A stretch of DNA of 64,000 nucleotides from Felis catus (GCF_018350175.1 NC_058368.1:229464001-229528000), one strand, 5' to 3'; positions 12,938 to 27,660 are shown, counted from the first letter of the stretch. A program made the numbers and translations. Notes: generated by a model not told the origin, from the letters alone.

Positions 12938-13260
12938 AGTTAATGTGAGGTCATATTTGAATGGAATGGACCCTAAATCCAATGAGTGGCATCCTCATAG
13001 GTAGAGGGACATTTGACATATAAATATCCCAGAAAAAGGAAGGCCATATGATGACAGTCACAGTGACACAGCTGCAAGCCAAGAAATGCCAAGGAGTGCC
13101 AGCAACCATACTAAGCCAAGAAGAGGTAAGGAAGGAATCTCCCTGGAAGTCTTCAGAGGGAGCATGGCCCTGCCAACATCATGGGTTTAGACTTCTATCC
13201 GCCAGAAGTGTAAGAAATAAGTTGTTGTTGTTTTATATCATTCAATTTGTGATCATTTGT
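12938..13260 (+). mobile_element. MLT1B/C-like MaLR LTR
   Basis: gaccctaaatccaatga, agccaagaaatgccaagga, cttcagagggagcatggccctgccaaca. Confidence 0.85.
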
Positions 13261-13261
13261 A

Positions 13262-14700
13262 CCCCATTTCTCTTCAGTAAATACATAGGAGTAGAATTGC
13301 TACTTATATGGTGGATATGGCTTAATTATACAAATAACTGCCAAATTGTTTTCCAAAATGGCTGAATTATAATGCATTTCCATCAGGAAGATGAGAGGTA
13401 CAGTCCTTCCATATCTGTTGGTGTTGGCCAAGACTGGAATCTCAGCTGACAAGTCAATTGAGGATTGTCCAGTTCCAAGCTTAATTTCGCTGCTTATCCG
13501 TAGGATTCAGTTCCTTGAGGACCCCTTTTATCTGAGGATCTTAGTTTCTTACTGATTATTACCTGGAGGCTGCCCTCTGCTCTGCAAATATGCAAACATG
13601 CAGCTTGCTTGGTCAAAGCATGTGATAGAGAGAAAGAGTCTGATAGCAAGACAGAAGTCTCAGACTTCCTACAACCCGATCATAGGAGTTACATCACACC
13701 AACACTTCCATATTACATTTATTACAAGAAACTTATTCAAGGCTGGGGTTCTATAAGGGTATGGATCTGATAAGATGAGGATCACTGGGGATCATCTATC
13801 ACAACAGCTCACCAGTCATTTTGATCCTAGCCATTCTAGTCAGTGTGAAGTATTATCTCATGGTTTTAATTCTTATTTCCCTAAAGAATAATGAATATTT
13901 ACTGATGATCTGTAGATTCATTTTGTGGATTTTCTGTTCAAATATTCTGCCCATTTTTTTAAAAATTGGGTTTCTTTTTGGGTAGTAAGAATTCTTTATA
14001 TATTCTGGATACAACTCTTTGTTAAATACATGCATAACAAATATTATATCCGAGTCTGTGGCTTTACTGTTTATTTTCTTAACGGTATCTCTTGACGAAC
14101 AGAAGTTATTAATGGAGATAAAGTACTATTTATCCTTTTTTTCTTTTCTGCTTGGGCTTTTTATGTCTTGTCCAAAAAATTTTTGCCTATCCCAAATTTG
14201 CAAATATAATGCTCTATATTTTTTAAGAAGTTTTGCACTTCTAGGTGTTATGTTTACAATTATGATCTATCATAAATTAATTTTTGTGCATGGTATGAAG
14301 TAAGGGTAAATTTCATTTTTCCAAGAAGATATCCAGTTGTCCAGGACAATTCATGGAAAACATTATATCTTTCCCCATTGAGTTATCTTAACATCTTTGT
14401 TAAAAATCAGTTAACCATATATGCATGGATCAATATATAGACTCTCTATTTTGTTCCCTTAACCTATTTGTCTGTATTTTGCCTATATTACATTGGTTAC
14501 TCTGGTTTGTAATAGATCTTATAGATGTTGAGACTAGTTAAGGAAGTGTAAGTGTTCCAATTTGGGGTTTCTTTTTAAATTGTTTTTGCTCCTCCAAGTA
14601 TTTTCCATTTCCACATAAGATTTTGAAGCAGTTTGTCAATTTTTATGTAGAAAAACCTGCTGGAGTTTGATTGAGATTTCTTAAAAGTTATTAAGAATGC
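13262..14700 (-). mobile_element. old L1 (ORF2 end/3' UTR) interrupted by an MLT1-like LTR at ~13410-13800
   Basis: aactgccaaattgttttccaaaatggctg; tatattctggatacaactctttgtt; gatatccagttgtccagga; insert has attcagttccttgagg...gaggatcactggggatcatc. Confidence 0.8.
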
Positions 14701-14945
14701 TTCAATTTGCCAAAATGATCTCATGAGTTTTAGATTTACTTAATATTTTACAAATGATTTTAATATTAATTCTTGAAAGAAAAAATATTGGCGATTAGAA
14801 AATTCCTAAAAACAAAGACTAATGTAGGAAGACTCCCAACCAGTTAATCAAAATACAAAAATTTTAATTAAACAGTATGGCATCAGTACAGGACTGGTTT
14901 AGGTATAATTAAAGAATTTAGAAATATACCTGCATGTAAATTATC

Positions 14946-15177
14946 CTTTTTTAAAGTTTTTAAAATTTTTATTTATTTTTGAGAGAGAGAGAGAAGAGGA
15001 GAGGGAGCCAGAGCATGAGCAGGGGAGGGGCAGAGGGAGGGAGACACAGAATCTGAAGCAGGCTCCAGGCTCCAGGTGTCAGCACAGAGCCCAACACGGG
15101 ACTCAAATCCATGAACCGTGAGATCATGTCGTGAGCTGAAGTCAGACGGTTAACTGACTGAGCCACCCAGGTGCCCC
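14946..15177 (-). mobile_element. CanSINE
   Basis: TSD tgcatgtaaattatc. Confidence 0.95.
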
Positions 15178-15755
15178 TGCATGTAAATTATCATTAAATT
15201 CAAAAATCTTGAGCTGGGAAAATTAACTGTCAAATTGACAAAACGACAAAAATAATGTAATTAATAAAAGCACTATTCTAACTTAAAGTACCTAAATATT
15301 ACGAATTCTGTACGGTGCAAGTATGTTTCAAATTATAAACTGAGGAATATTTATTTAATTTTATCATAGGTAAAAATTTGAGAAGAGTTCTTACAAATTT
15401 GTATGAAAAAGAAACATTCTTGAGAAAAACATAGCCAAAGAATATGAATAAGTAATCAGGAAAGAAGAAAGGAGGAAATAATATTGGTCAATAACTATTT
15501 AGCAAATATTAAGAACACTAATAAACTAATTCAAATAAAGCAATAATAAAATTTTTGCCATTTAGCTGATAAACAAGTAAGAAGAAAAACACTATGTAGT
15601 TCTAGGATTTGTTATATGAAAACCAGTTCTCTGATAATCTGTAAATATGTGCAAGCTTTAGAAAAAGGCAGCATATGCATCAATGTTTAAAACGTGCATA
15701 TCATTTGCCCCAGCTGTTTCACACCAATGAACTTATCCTATGTTGTTAATGGAGA

Positions 15756-15757
<2 letters not shown>

Positions 15758-15795
<38 letters not shown>
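15758..15795. repeat. (GT)n microsatellite
   Basis: uninterrupted GT run. Confidence 0.95.
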
Positions 15796-15798
<3 letters not shown>

Positions 15799-16367
15799 AC
15801 TGTCCAAATTCTAAATGTCCTGTCAAAGGATATTAGTTAATTATGTACATCCATACAAGAGATGCCTGTATTACCACTTAAAAATGGTTTCATTTTGAAT
15901 GGTAATTCACATAATAAAGGACCATTTCTTATGTTTGGATAAAAGAAAAGGCTCTTGAGAAAACTACAAGCATAAAATGATCCTTTTAATTTGTGTGTGT
16001 ATGCACAAAGAAGACATTTAAAATCAGGTTTATAGTTTTATCCTGACTTGTAATATTTGGGCTGATTTTACCTCTTTTTATGTAACTCAAACAGCTTAGA
16101 ATTTTAAATAACTATTTACAATACTGTAAGAAAAACTAGAAACGAATATGAAGACAAATTTACAAAATAATTACATAGGAAATATTAATGGCCAATATAT
16201 GTATGAAAAGATATTCCACTTCAGTAATTATCAAGAAAGTATATATGTCAACCAAATATGGTATATGATTTTCCCCCATTATTTGGCTATATATAATTTT
16301 TAATGTGATAAAATCTAGTATAGAGAATGATTATAAGAAGTATATAATTTCATATATTACTAGCAGA

Positions 16368-16584
16368 TTTATTTTTTAATGTTTATTTTATTTATTTTGA
16401 GAGACAGAGAGAGCACAAGAACATGAGCAGAGGAGGGGCAGAGAGGAGACAGAGAATCCCAAGCAGGCTCCATACTGTCAGCACAGAGCCAGATAGGAGC
16501 CTGGAATTCCAAAGCTACAAGATCATGACCTGAGCCGAAATCAAGAGTTGGACGCTTAACCAACTGAGCCACCGAAGTGGCCCA
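16368..16584 (-). mobile_element. CanSINE
   Basis: gagaatcccaagcaggctcc...ttaaccaactgagccacc. Confidence 0.95.
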
Positions 16585-16644
16585 GGCAGAGGCTTCAAAT
16601 TGATACCAACTTTCTGATTGGCAACTTCATACCTTTAGAGAAAT

Positions 16645-17025
16645 AATTTAATAGCTTTATTGAGGTTAATAGCTTTATTGAGGTATAAGTGACATACAAA
16701 GGAATGTACAGATTTAATATAAACAATTTAATGAGCTTGCAAAAATGCAAACCCAAATGATACCATAACCAAAACCAAGATAATAACATATCTAGTTCCC
16801 TTGGTAGTTTTCTTTTTCTTTATTTTATTTATTTTTAAGAGGTGAGGGGTTGGGGAGGCAGGGTAAGAACACTGAACATGAGATCTACCCTTAACAAATT
16901 TGGAAATGTACAATACTCCACTGTCTACTATAGGCACTATGTTGTATAACATCTCTAGAATTTACTCATCTAGAATAACTGAAATTTTATACCTATTGAA
17001 CAGTGGATCCTCATTTCCACTGCCA
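16645..17025 (-). mobile_element. L1 3' end (L1MA/MB-like)
   Basis: agctttattgaggtataa; gtaagaacactgaacatgagatctacccttaacaaattt; ataggcactatgttgta. Confidence 0.8.
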
Positions 17026-18065
17026 AAGTGTGTACATAATTTGATGTAACAAGTCTTTTTCTAAGCATGCATCCAAAACAACTATTTGCAATGTGCACTA
17101 AGATACCTGTACAGCCACATTCACTATGGATTTTTGTAATAATATAACTTGGGACAGATACTAGATGGCTCCTCTGACAAGATCTAAGGAGACTACTGTG
17201 TAAGTATCCTATGGAAAACTGGATAGCAGTTATAATCTAATATGTAGTTCTGTATAGTTGACAAGGAAATAGTTCTAAGATGTGTAATTACATAGAAAAT
17301 TAAGTTAGAAAACAATACTCAGTTGTTTAATGTAATGTGATTAATATTCAATTTTTTCTTAATTTTTAAATGTCAAATGTTTAGGAAGATTCATAAAAAG
17401 AAAAGTGTTGTTGAAAATTTAACTCCTATAGGAAATGAGGATAGAATAAATGAGACTATTTTAAAGTATGTAGCTTCTCTATTTTTTATGATTTTTACAA
17501 GAAAAACATGATCCTCTCTAAAAATATGCCAAAGAAATTAAAAAACTTAAAATAAATATCGAACAGAGATTTTCATAATGCCAAAAATGTATTTACTTCT
17601 GTCCACAATTGGATGTTGCTTCCTTTTCAGGAAGTGGATGAAGAGGCAGCTCGAAGACTCCATGATAACAGAGAAAGCAACTGTCTTACTCCTAACATTA
17701 GCTGCAGTACACAGCGCAAAACAGGCACTCAAAAATACGTGTAGAAGTCATTAACAAATAAGTGCATTAATTCGTTATACCAGTTAACTTCCTAATAAAT
17801 GGAACATACAAGAGCCTGGTAAGAATATTTACCTGAGCATAGCCAGCCTAGTACAAGAAAACAGAACAGTTTATTACTGCTGGTTGGTCACATAGTATTT
17901 CTGTGGCCAGGAAAATTTGCCATCTGTAGGATACTTGCACATACTGGAATACTATCTTACTAAGATAGACCATCATAAATATACATCATTACAACATCTT
18001 TTTTGGTAGTGCTATCAATGTTACAAAGCATACTAAGAGCTTTATCATAATTTTCTTCATTAAAA

Positions 18066-18130
18066 AATAAAATAAAATAATAAAATAAAATAAAATAAAA
18101 TAAAATAAAATAAAATAAAATAAAATAAAA
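18066..18130. repeat. (AAAAT)n microsatellite
   Basis: direct pentamer run. Confidence 0.95.
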
Positions 18131-19717
18131 AATTTTCTTCATGCAAGTTCTTTATACATTTGAGATATTGGTGGCCTTCTTTTACATAACCTTAAAATTA
18201 AATTATATTTTGTGTCTTTTCGAAGTGTAGTAATTATGATTAATAGTTAAAGGTTGGAAAACAAAGTCTCTTTAAAAGAAACAATCAATATTACAGGTCC
18301 AATTATGTAAATGAGACTCAAAAAGTGTAATTTTTTTCTACAGCTTAGTAATTGAGTAGAGAATGGAAGGTTGTCTTGACAACAGAAGATAGAAAAATAA
18401 ATTGTTAATGAATAACAATCGTCCTCTTCATTATAAAAAGTACTGACTTCATAATACGCAGAACAAATACTTATTATATTTTAAAATCATATAACTAAAC
18501 ACTAAACATTTTTTTCTTTTAAAACATATTCCAAAGCATTAATTTCAATAATAAACTAATTCCTTCTTGAACCCAATTAATGTGACTTATAAAGTGTAAA
18601 GTTAAATTTGCTATCTCCCTTCATCTTTCAATAATGGATGGTCCAGAGACAGAAAAAAAAATTGGAAGATCATAATGGAAACTGATAAATAACAGCCCTC
18701 TTTCCCCACATCCTAACATTTGAACCAATTGAAAACTGAAGATCAATAAGGCAAGTGGAAAGAATATTGGTATTCTTATAAGGCTTATAGTAGAGAACAT
18801 GGCTCTGTTGCATATTAACACCACACTTCTTAATATAATGTTATATTTGGTCATGGTTAGACAGACAAGTCCTTCTAAAATCGGAATCTGCTCCTTATAG
18901 AACTTGTTCCAGAAGGAGCAAATCATGGGCAACTATCAATACGAGTAAAGGAAGGTGCTGGTTTCTAGCTGCCCAGAGCCTTCTATCACTCCAATCAGCT
19001 AAGTGATTTCTTTTCTCCTAGGGAAATGTAGAAAGGCACAACCCAGTAGTGTTACCATCACTTTGCATAGAAATGTAAGGCCTGGGGTAAACAGCCCTAT
19101 TATAACTTTCACCAATATTCTTAAGCATTTATAAATACAGGATTTGACCTCTCCTATGTTTACGCAGTTTTTTCTACCATTCTTGAGGTCATCAGTCCCA
19201 TAACATTGCTAATCTGCTTCTACACTCACAAGGCCCCAGTGCCCCAGATCTAACCAATTTATCTTTGGGTATTTTTCAGGAAATTTCTATTGGTTAGTAA
19301 TGACCTACTCCCCAAAGGCTCTAAAACACATATTTATCAATTCCAATGCTCTCTTCACCCAAGACTAAATATTCACTCCATATACTATATCTTATTCCAA
19401 ATTGCTGTGTATAGTCTATCAGAGACCTGGCATTTGAATGTCACATTAATACTGACACACAGCTACATAGAACTGCCGAAATTTTTAAATTCAATTACAA
19501 TAATTAAAGCTTCTTAGACATTATAATCCAAGGTAATTAAAATCCAAAATAAAGTTATCTTTTTCTCATAAGTTAAAGCCCAATGCCAAAAAAACCCCAA
19601 AAAAACAAAAAACAAAAAAAACAAAAACAAAAAAACAACAACAAAAAGAAACCCACAACAACAACAAAAAAACACAAACGCATATCTTAAAGTGCAAACC
19701 AAACAAATCTGCCCCCA

Positions 19718-19926
19718 GAGGCACCCAGGTCCCTCAGCTGGTTAAGTGTCCAGCTTCAGCTCAGGTTATGATCTCACAGTTTGGGGGTTCAAGCCACTCA
19801 TCAGGCTCTGGGCTGACAGCTCAAAGCCTTGAACCTGCTTCAGATTCTGTGTCTCCCTCTCTGCCCCTGCCCTGCTTGCACTCTGTCTCTCAAAGATAAA
19901 TAAATGTTAAAAAAAATTTTTTTTTA
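19718..19926 (+). mobile_element. CanSINE
   Basis: TSD aatctgccccca. Confidence 0.93.
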
Positions 19927-20339
19927 ATCTGCCCCCATCCACCATTTTCTTATTTGAATAACTATTAACCAGAAAGCCTCTCAGTACCTGGGTGGTGGTG
20001 CTGTTCCCATAGTAACTGTAACCTGGCTGCTTCTCCCTGATTAAGGGTGAATCCTTTATGGCCTCAGAAGTTTAATTAGATCAGTACCAAATCTCAGATG
20101 CATCATTCACTTTTTAAAATGTCCAAATCTGTTAAATAATGTTATTTTCCCAATTCAGGACCCACAGTAACCAAATTTCAAGCACATGTCGCATTCTAAC
20201 CCTGACAGCAATTACCCTGAGGAAAGCTTTAATATCAGAACATAGTGCTTAGTGATGTAAGAGGACCTTTGAAGAGACTCAAGGGGACTGATTATGGAGG
20301 GGTGATTCAATTTGAAAAGAACTTTTCAAATTACCTATT

Positions 20340-23150
20340 TCTTCAGTAAGTTCTGGTACTTTGTGTCTTTCGAGAAATTTGTCCATTTCAATTATTATCA
20401 AACTGATTAGTATAAGTTGTTCAGAATATTATTCCTTTCTTCTTTTCTATGTATGTAAAATCTGTAGAGATGCCCCCTTGGTCTTTTTCATATTGGTAAT
20501 TTGTATCTTCTTTTTATTTTCACTCAGTGTATCTGAACAGAGGTTTATTAATGTTATTGATCATTTCCAAAAATCAGCCTCATTTGATCTCATTCATTTT
20601 TCTTTTTTTCTGTTTTCAATTTTATGTATCCCTAGTCCTTATTATTTCCTAATTTCTTCATGTTTTAGGTTTATTTTGCTCCTCTTTCTCATTTCTTAAG
20701 GAAAGGGTTAGCTTTTTGATTTAAAACTTCCTTGTTTTATATTCTGAGCAGTACATGCAATAAACATTATTATAAAAGCTCTTTCAACACATTTTGATAG
20801 TCTTTTTAATTTAATTCATTTCAGAATATTTTATACGTTCCTTTTTTGACTACCTAACTCTTTAATCTGTAAGTTTATTTAGGAATTTGTTATTTAATTT
20901 CCAAATATCTGGGGATTTTTCCCTGAATATTTTTTTCTGCTATTGATTTCTAATGTAAGTCTACTGTAATCAGAGAACATACACTATGTGATTCAATTCT
21001 TTTAATTTTTTGAGATTTGTTATAATAGCTCCAATATGGGCTTTCTTTTTTTAAATTAAAGTTTATTTATTTATTTTTTGAGAGAGAGAGCACGCATATG
21101 TGTGAGTAGGGGAGAGGCAGAGAGAGAGGAGAGAGAATCCCACGACAGCCCGTAACCCCAACTCAGAACCGTGAGACCATAAGCTGTGGGTTGCTAAACC
21201 AACTAAGCAACCCAGGCACCCCAGAATACGGACTTTCTGGATGAATTCTCCATGTGCACTTGAGAAGAGTGTGCATCCTAACACTGTTGTTCTATAAATG
21301 TCAAGGAGGTCAAGATGTCTGAGACTGTCATTCCTTAAGCATTATGTATCCACCTGTTTTATGATTAGCTATGAATGGAGTGTTAGAGACTTCAAATATA
21401 ATTGTAGGTTTGACTATTTACCTTTTCAGTTCCAGATTTATGTATTTTGAGGCTATTTTGTTATGTACACACACATTATGATTGAATACCTTCCTGGTAA
21501 ATTGGTCTCATTAATATTATGGAATGTCCCTATTATTATTTCTAATACCATTCCTTGCTTGGAAGTCCACTTTGTCAGGTGTATACTCCAGCTTTCCTTT
21601 GTTTCGTGTTTGCATATTATTTTACTTATCTATTTCTTTATATTTAAAATTGGTTTCTTTTTCACAGTTAGATTATGCCTTTTTTTATCTGACAACTCTT
21701 CTCTTTTAATTAAAGTGTTTAAACCTTTTAATTTAATATGATTATTGACAGGGTTGGATTTAATCTCTGATCTTACTAGCTGTTTATTATTCATCCTATC
21801 TCTTCTTGGTGCTGTCCCTTTTCTGCATTATTTTTTATTTGTAATTTTTAGTATTTAATTTGATCTCTACTTTTAGCTTATTATTTATACCTATTTTTAG
21901 TTTTAATTGATGCTCTCTTCTTTATAATATGTATCTGAATTAGTAAAATCTACCTTCTAAAAATATTAAAACACTTCGCATAGAGTGTAAGAATCTTAAA
22001 ACTGTGTACATTCAATCCTTCCTCCTGTTCTACTATTGTCCTGCATTTACTTTTACGTGTTATAAATTTCATAGTGCTTCGTTACTATGTTTTTTGTTCC
22101 AGACGGTCATTTTTAAAGCAATTAATTTTTTTTTAATTTCTACTTTAAATTTTGTTCTTTCCAACTCTATTTCTTTCTGTAGATCCAACGATTCCTCCTA
22201 CCTTCTGCTTGAAAATATTTCTTTTAAAATTTCCTGTAGTACAGGTCTACTGGCAAGGAATTTCCCAGTTTTTATTTGCCAGAAAAACTGTTGACTTTGC
22301 CTTCATTTTTGAAATATATTGAAACTGAAAAAGAAGAAAGATAAGGAGATTGAAATCTATATTCACAGCTTTTGTTTTTATCATTTAGCACTTTATACCA
22401 CTCTGTTTACTCAAGGTTTTTAGAATTTCTAACAAGAATTCTGCTGTCATTATAGTTTCATTCTTCTGTACAAAATGTCTTTTTCCCTCTAACTACCTTT
22501 AAAGTGTTATTTTTCTCTTTGTTTTCAAAAGTTTTACAATGTCATATTTAGGTGTAGTTTTGTTTGCTGTTTCATCCTAAGCTTTTTATGTTTGTCATTT
22601 GCTGTCTTTCAATATATTTGGAAAATTCTCAGTGATTTCCTCAAATAATTACTCCATCCTATTCTCGCTCTCTTATCCTTCTCTTCCTCAAAACGTATGC
22701 ATATTACACCATTTTACATTGTCCCGCCACTCTTGGATATCCTAATTTGTTTATTATATTTTAATTATTTGCTTCTTTGTATTTTAACTTGAAACTTCCA
22801 TTGATATAGCTTCAAGATCACAGATTCTTTACTCAACTGCATAACTATATAGAATTTTCAGATAAGCCCATCAAAGGAATTTTCATAGAGGATATTGTTT
22901 CTAACACTTTCTCACTTCCCTTTGTCACTTTCTTATCATTTCCATTTCTGTGCTAAAATTCCCCATCTGTTCATGCCTATTGTTTACCTTTTCTACTAGA
23001 TCTTTAGCATATGAATCATAGATATTTTAATTCCTGAGGAACAGTTCCAACATCTTAGTCTCATTCTGCTGATTGCTGTATCTCTTAAAAGTGCTTTTCT
23101 GTTTCCTTTGCTTTTTTGTGCCTTGTAATTTTTGAGAGATTGCTTTTTCT
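20340..23150 (-). mobile_element. decayed L1 (ORF2 5' part/ORF1 region)
   Basis: T-rich; gaaatttgtccatttca, tttaatttccaaatat, ccatgtgcacttgagaagagtgtgcat, tgtagtacaggtctactggcaaggaattt. Confidence 0.85.
21046..21222 (-). mobile_element. CanSINE (internally deleted) within L1
   Basis: gagagaatccc...ccaactaagcaacccaggcacccc. Confidence 0.9.
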
Positions 23151-23687
23151 CCAATAATTGAAACTTTGTTTCAGTTGTGTTTACTAATTAAGGTACTCTT
23201 GACTCCATAATTCTGATAAAGCTCCCTTTCTTGTATGTACAAAAGCTGGCACACGTGTTGTTATAGTCTGTGCACAGCAGACTGAACACATTAAATGGAG
23301 TATTAAATGGACAACAAGTCTCTTGCTATTGGCCTAAGACTTCACATGCCCTGCCTTTCATTTTCTTAAATATCTATCTATCTATCTATCTATCTATCTA
23401 CACTATAAAAACATCCTCTTGGCTATACAAAAACATGTTATTATTTTGTGCCATAATATCACAATATTTCTTAACTGCATAAGTTATTTGCTTAGCTATT
23501 CTGGGTTAAATGTAAATATACAAATGGAAACCACAGCAAAACAGGAGTCAGCATTGCACTATATGACACAAAACAAACATTTTTGAAGCTTAAAAGTTCA
23601 AACATGGAGCCTTTGTGCATATTCACCTAACAAAGTATGTTTCTTAACCCAAACAATAATTTCATTTAAAGTATCTTATCGTTCTAG

Positions 23688-23884
23688 CACCGCCTGGGTG
23701 GCTCAGTCAGTTGAGCATCCGACTTTGGCTCAGGTCATGATCTCACAGTTCATGAGTTCAAGCCTTGCATCAGGCTCGCTTCTGTCAGCATAGAGCCAGC
23801 TTCAGATCCTCTGTCCCCCTCTCTCTCTGCCCCTGTCCCACTTGTGCTCTCTCTCTCTCTCAAAAATAAATAAACACTAAAAAA
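23688..23884 (+). mobile_element. CanSINE
   Basis: cgcctgggtggctcagtc; TSD taaagtatcttat. Confidence 0.95.
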
Positions 23885-23984
23885 TAAAGTATCTTATTAT
23901 TCTAATAACTCCAGGAGAAAACAACATATACTTATATACCCTTATAATCTAAGAGAAATATGAAAATATGGGTACATGCAATTA

Positions 23985-24420
23985 GTAATGGCAGGCATTT
24001 TGGTTGCCCTCAAAATACTTGTTCCTCATCAGATGACCAGTCCCATGCAAGCCAAGTTTCCTCTCAACAGTGTAGATTAGAAATGAGCATGTGACTGCTT
24101 CTGATATTGAGGTCAGGGGAAATGTGATAGTGGGATTTATGGGGAAGCATTTCTTAATCCTAAGAAGAAGACATAGTAAGAAACAGTCTTTCTCTTCTGT
24201 CTCTGGGATGTGAGCCTCAAAATGCTATCGCTATTTTGCTATAAGATCTAGGATAGAGTCCGCATGGAAAATAACAGATTGGAAAAACAGAAAGAATCCA
24301 GTTCCACAAACACAGGAGGTGGTTTGCATTTCCTTGGATGGGAGGTAACATGTATCTTTACTATTCAAGTCATTTTGATTTGGAGCTTCTGTCACTTGAA
24401 GTCAACATCTTAATTACTGA
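23985..24420. mobile_element. old MLT1 (J/K-like) LTR
   Basis: gagcatgtgactgcttctg, gatgtgagcctcaaaatgctatcgctattttg, cttctgtcacttgaagtcaacatc. Confidence 0.55.
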
Positions 24421-24421
24421 T

Positions 24422-24835
24422 TGTGTAGTTAATTTGATGTGTTGACTAGACCAGTAACAAGATGTTTGCTCAAACACCTGTCTAGATGTTTCTGTAAAGG
24501 TATTTTTTAATATGATTAAGATTTACAATCAGTTAACTTTAAGCAAAACAGACTACCTTCCAGAATGTCCATGTGCCTCCTTCAATCAGCAGAAGGCCTT
24601 CCTAACAGACTGGGGCTTCCTGAGGAAAGAATTCTGCCTTCAACTGTAACAAAGAAATTGTGTCACACTTTCCAGCCTTCAGCTTCAAGTCTGCAGAACC
24701 AGCTATTACAGAGATCTCCAACCTGACAGTTTCCCTACAGGTTTTGGTCTTCCCGTCCACACAATCATATGAGCCAGTTCTTTAAAATAAAGCTCTTAAT
24801 ACATATATGTTCTACCAGTGCTGTTATTTTGGACA
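24422..24835 (+). mobile_element. MLT2-like ERVL LTR
   Basis: tgtagttaatttgatgtgttgact...tctagatgtttctgtaaaggtatttttt...cacaatcatatgagccagttctttaaaataaa. Confidence 0.8.
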
Positions 24836-26006
24836 AAGATGGCAGCCCAGTTCTATTTTACGATTAGTAATATTATTTCCAAATAATAATAGATAGTAAT
24901 GAAAATTGATAGATTCTCAAAATAATTATACAAAATGTATTGTACTGTCTGGTTATTTTCTTCTTTGAAATAACCTACGTTTGGCATGGTCCGGAGAACT
25001 AACAGATTTAAATAATCTTAATCCTAGATTCATTTTATGAAGTACTTAAAAATCTATTCATCTGCAACTGTTTAGCATTTTCAGAAATACTCAGTGAATA
25101 TTTTTATGGTTATTTTTAACTTAAATTGGACAAGGCTTATTTTGCCTAACCCCATTTCTTTTGAGTTCTGTGGATCTGGCTAAATTTAACATTTGCTCTT
25201 TTATAATGGCAGGATTATCTTACCTATTTTTGTTTAGTACAAAGTAATTTTCTCACAGTAAAATTAAAACAATGGGAATACGTATCAAATTATTAGATAA
25301 CATAATCTTAAACTCACAAATAAATTTTTACTATCTCTTGTTGTCAAGGAAACCACTTTGTATGCCCTTGTGTTGAGTTACTAAAAGGGTAAGTTTTTCT
25401 AATGCAAATGCTTATTTCTATTTCACTTTGTATGCTGCATTAAATTAATCATTATAATTTATATTTGATGAAGCTATTTTAAAGTGTTTGCCAATAAAAC
25501 ACACGAAAAATAGAACACAAATCAAACAACTATTGCCATGATATAGGCATTATTATGAGAAAAAAAATTATTGCTCATCAATTGAAAAATGTATGACAAT
25601 AATTATATATGCCTGCTAAGAAAAATACTATAAAGTTGAGTGAATATTGAGATATGATGTAAAAATATGCTATATGAGTTATGTCTCAAATAAAGCAAAA
25701 ACATTTTTTTCAAAATAGATGGATGTAAATATTTGACAATAAGTAGAAAGTTTAAACGATTTTATTTATGTAGGCCTAGGAGGCATTAAAATATTATAAA
25801 TCCTACATAGAATCAGATACATCCTCCATTTGCCTGATTGGTCTCAGTCTGAAATAGTATCACATTTTTATCGAATGGTATTAATAACCAAAATTCCCCA
25901 AAAAGATAAGACCACACTGCAGGCATTCCAAACATCCTTCAATAATGTTCCATGGCAGAGTTAAATAAAAATATATTGAACAAATTTTAGTTTTAAGATG
26001 AAAATA

Positions 26007-26239
26007 GGGCCGCCTGGGTGGCGCAGTCGGTTAAGCGTCCGACTTCAGCTCAGGTCACGATCTCGCGTCCGTGAGTTCGAGCCCCGCGTCAGGCTCTGGG
26101 CTGATGGCTCAGAGCCTGGAGCCTGTTTTGGATTCTGTGTCTCCCTCTCTCTCTGCCCCTCCCTCGTTCATGCTCTGTCTCTCTCTGTCCCAAAAATAAA
26201 TAAACGTTGGAAAAAAAAATTTAAAAAAAAATAAAAAAA
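26007..26239 (+). mobile_element. young felid SINEC_Fc-type CanSINE
   Basis: CpG-intact near-consensus body; perfect TSD aagatgaaaata. Confidence 0.97.
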
Positions 26240-27660
26240 AAGATGAAAATATATGGGTGTAATGGAAGCACATATTTTTTAAATGTGGTGGAAATCCACA
26301 AAACCTTGATTGCCTTTGTCTTAAATTTCAACATTTAAAACTTCTGAGTGTGTTCAATCATTAACTATATGTTCGTAGTCTGATCTGTGCTGAGAATTAC
26401 GCTAAATGGTAGAGCAATGCATGCACATACAGCGTCTGCCTTCTTGCACAGTGGGGAGACTCACAATAAAGACGGGGAATCTGGGACCGAATGAGGAACA
26501 CACAGACATGCACACGATGCAGAATGAAACTCGGACTATTGACTTGGCAATGTGGGGGAAGAAAACGGGGTGGCAAGAAACACTGTGGATAATGATCTGC
26601 ATCCCTGGTGAGAAACGATGGTTAAGTCACCAAGTACATATGGACCCACATACGCAAATGTACACCCTCACACCCAGAAAGGCACAGTCAAACACAAACA
26701 CACACATTTTTCAGCATCACTCAACCATAGAGGTTTTTAGTATTCATCTCTATTGATTTTGTCCTATTATTCATATGAGGTGCTTTGGACCCGAGACAGA
26801 TTATAATTATCTGCTTAAAAAGTGACCACATGGTTCCCCATCCCTCAATTCTTATCCTGGGTCAACACATTAACAGGCAGGTCAAATGTCCTATACGCAC
26901 AAAATTTGCCGTCTGTGTCATAAACAAAGAATGATGAAAAAAGTGAATTTTCTCTTCTTACAGAAGAGAGAGAGACAGATGCTCTCCTTCCCTCCTATAG
27001 AGGGCTTCGTGGAAATGTAACCAGGTGGGGACCTTCAATTCTTTAGGTATTTATTTATAAGTATATCTCTCCAAGGACCAGATAAATTCTGTGTCCACAG
27101 GCACAGAGGTCTCCAATGCCCCTGTCATCATTCCTTCTTCAAAGATGAAGTTGTGCAAATCTCTGTGTACTTCTCACAATCTATAGAGTTGAAAATTAAT
27201 TTGCCTTTGCTTACTCTTAGCCCAGGATCCCAAGGTTCATCAAAATTAGTTCAGCAAACCCTCACTGTTAAAACATGAAGATTTTTTTCTCTATTATCGA
27301 CTACAGCTAAAGAACATAATTATCACAGTGTAATAAAAACTATAGACAACATTAATAGGATAGAAACTAAATGGATAGGTTGTTTTAAAAGATCAAAAGA
27401 CACATGCCTAAGGAGGTAAATTTTAAACTAATACATGAAAGTGGAAAGGAGCAGACTATGGGACATTAGGCAGAATTAACAGCAAATGAGAGATTTCCTG
27501 AGAAAGGACGGGGTTTGGTATGTATACCATTTAAAATAAAGATATCAGTAATAAATAAAATCATCGAAAATGATATGAGGGGGAAACACATCATGTGGCT
27601 GAGTACATGCCATTCTGCAAGGCTTTCAGGCAATGATAAGATGTTTTATTTTAGGTACAA

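Noticed and set aside
20361..22294. Hydrophobic Phe/Leu/Ile-rich ORFs resembling membrane proteins
   Set aside because: Antisense reading of T-rich decayed L1.
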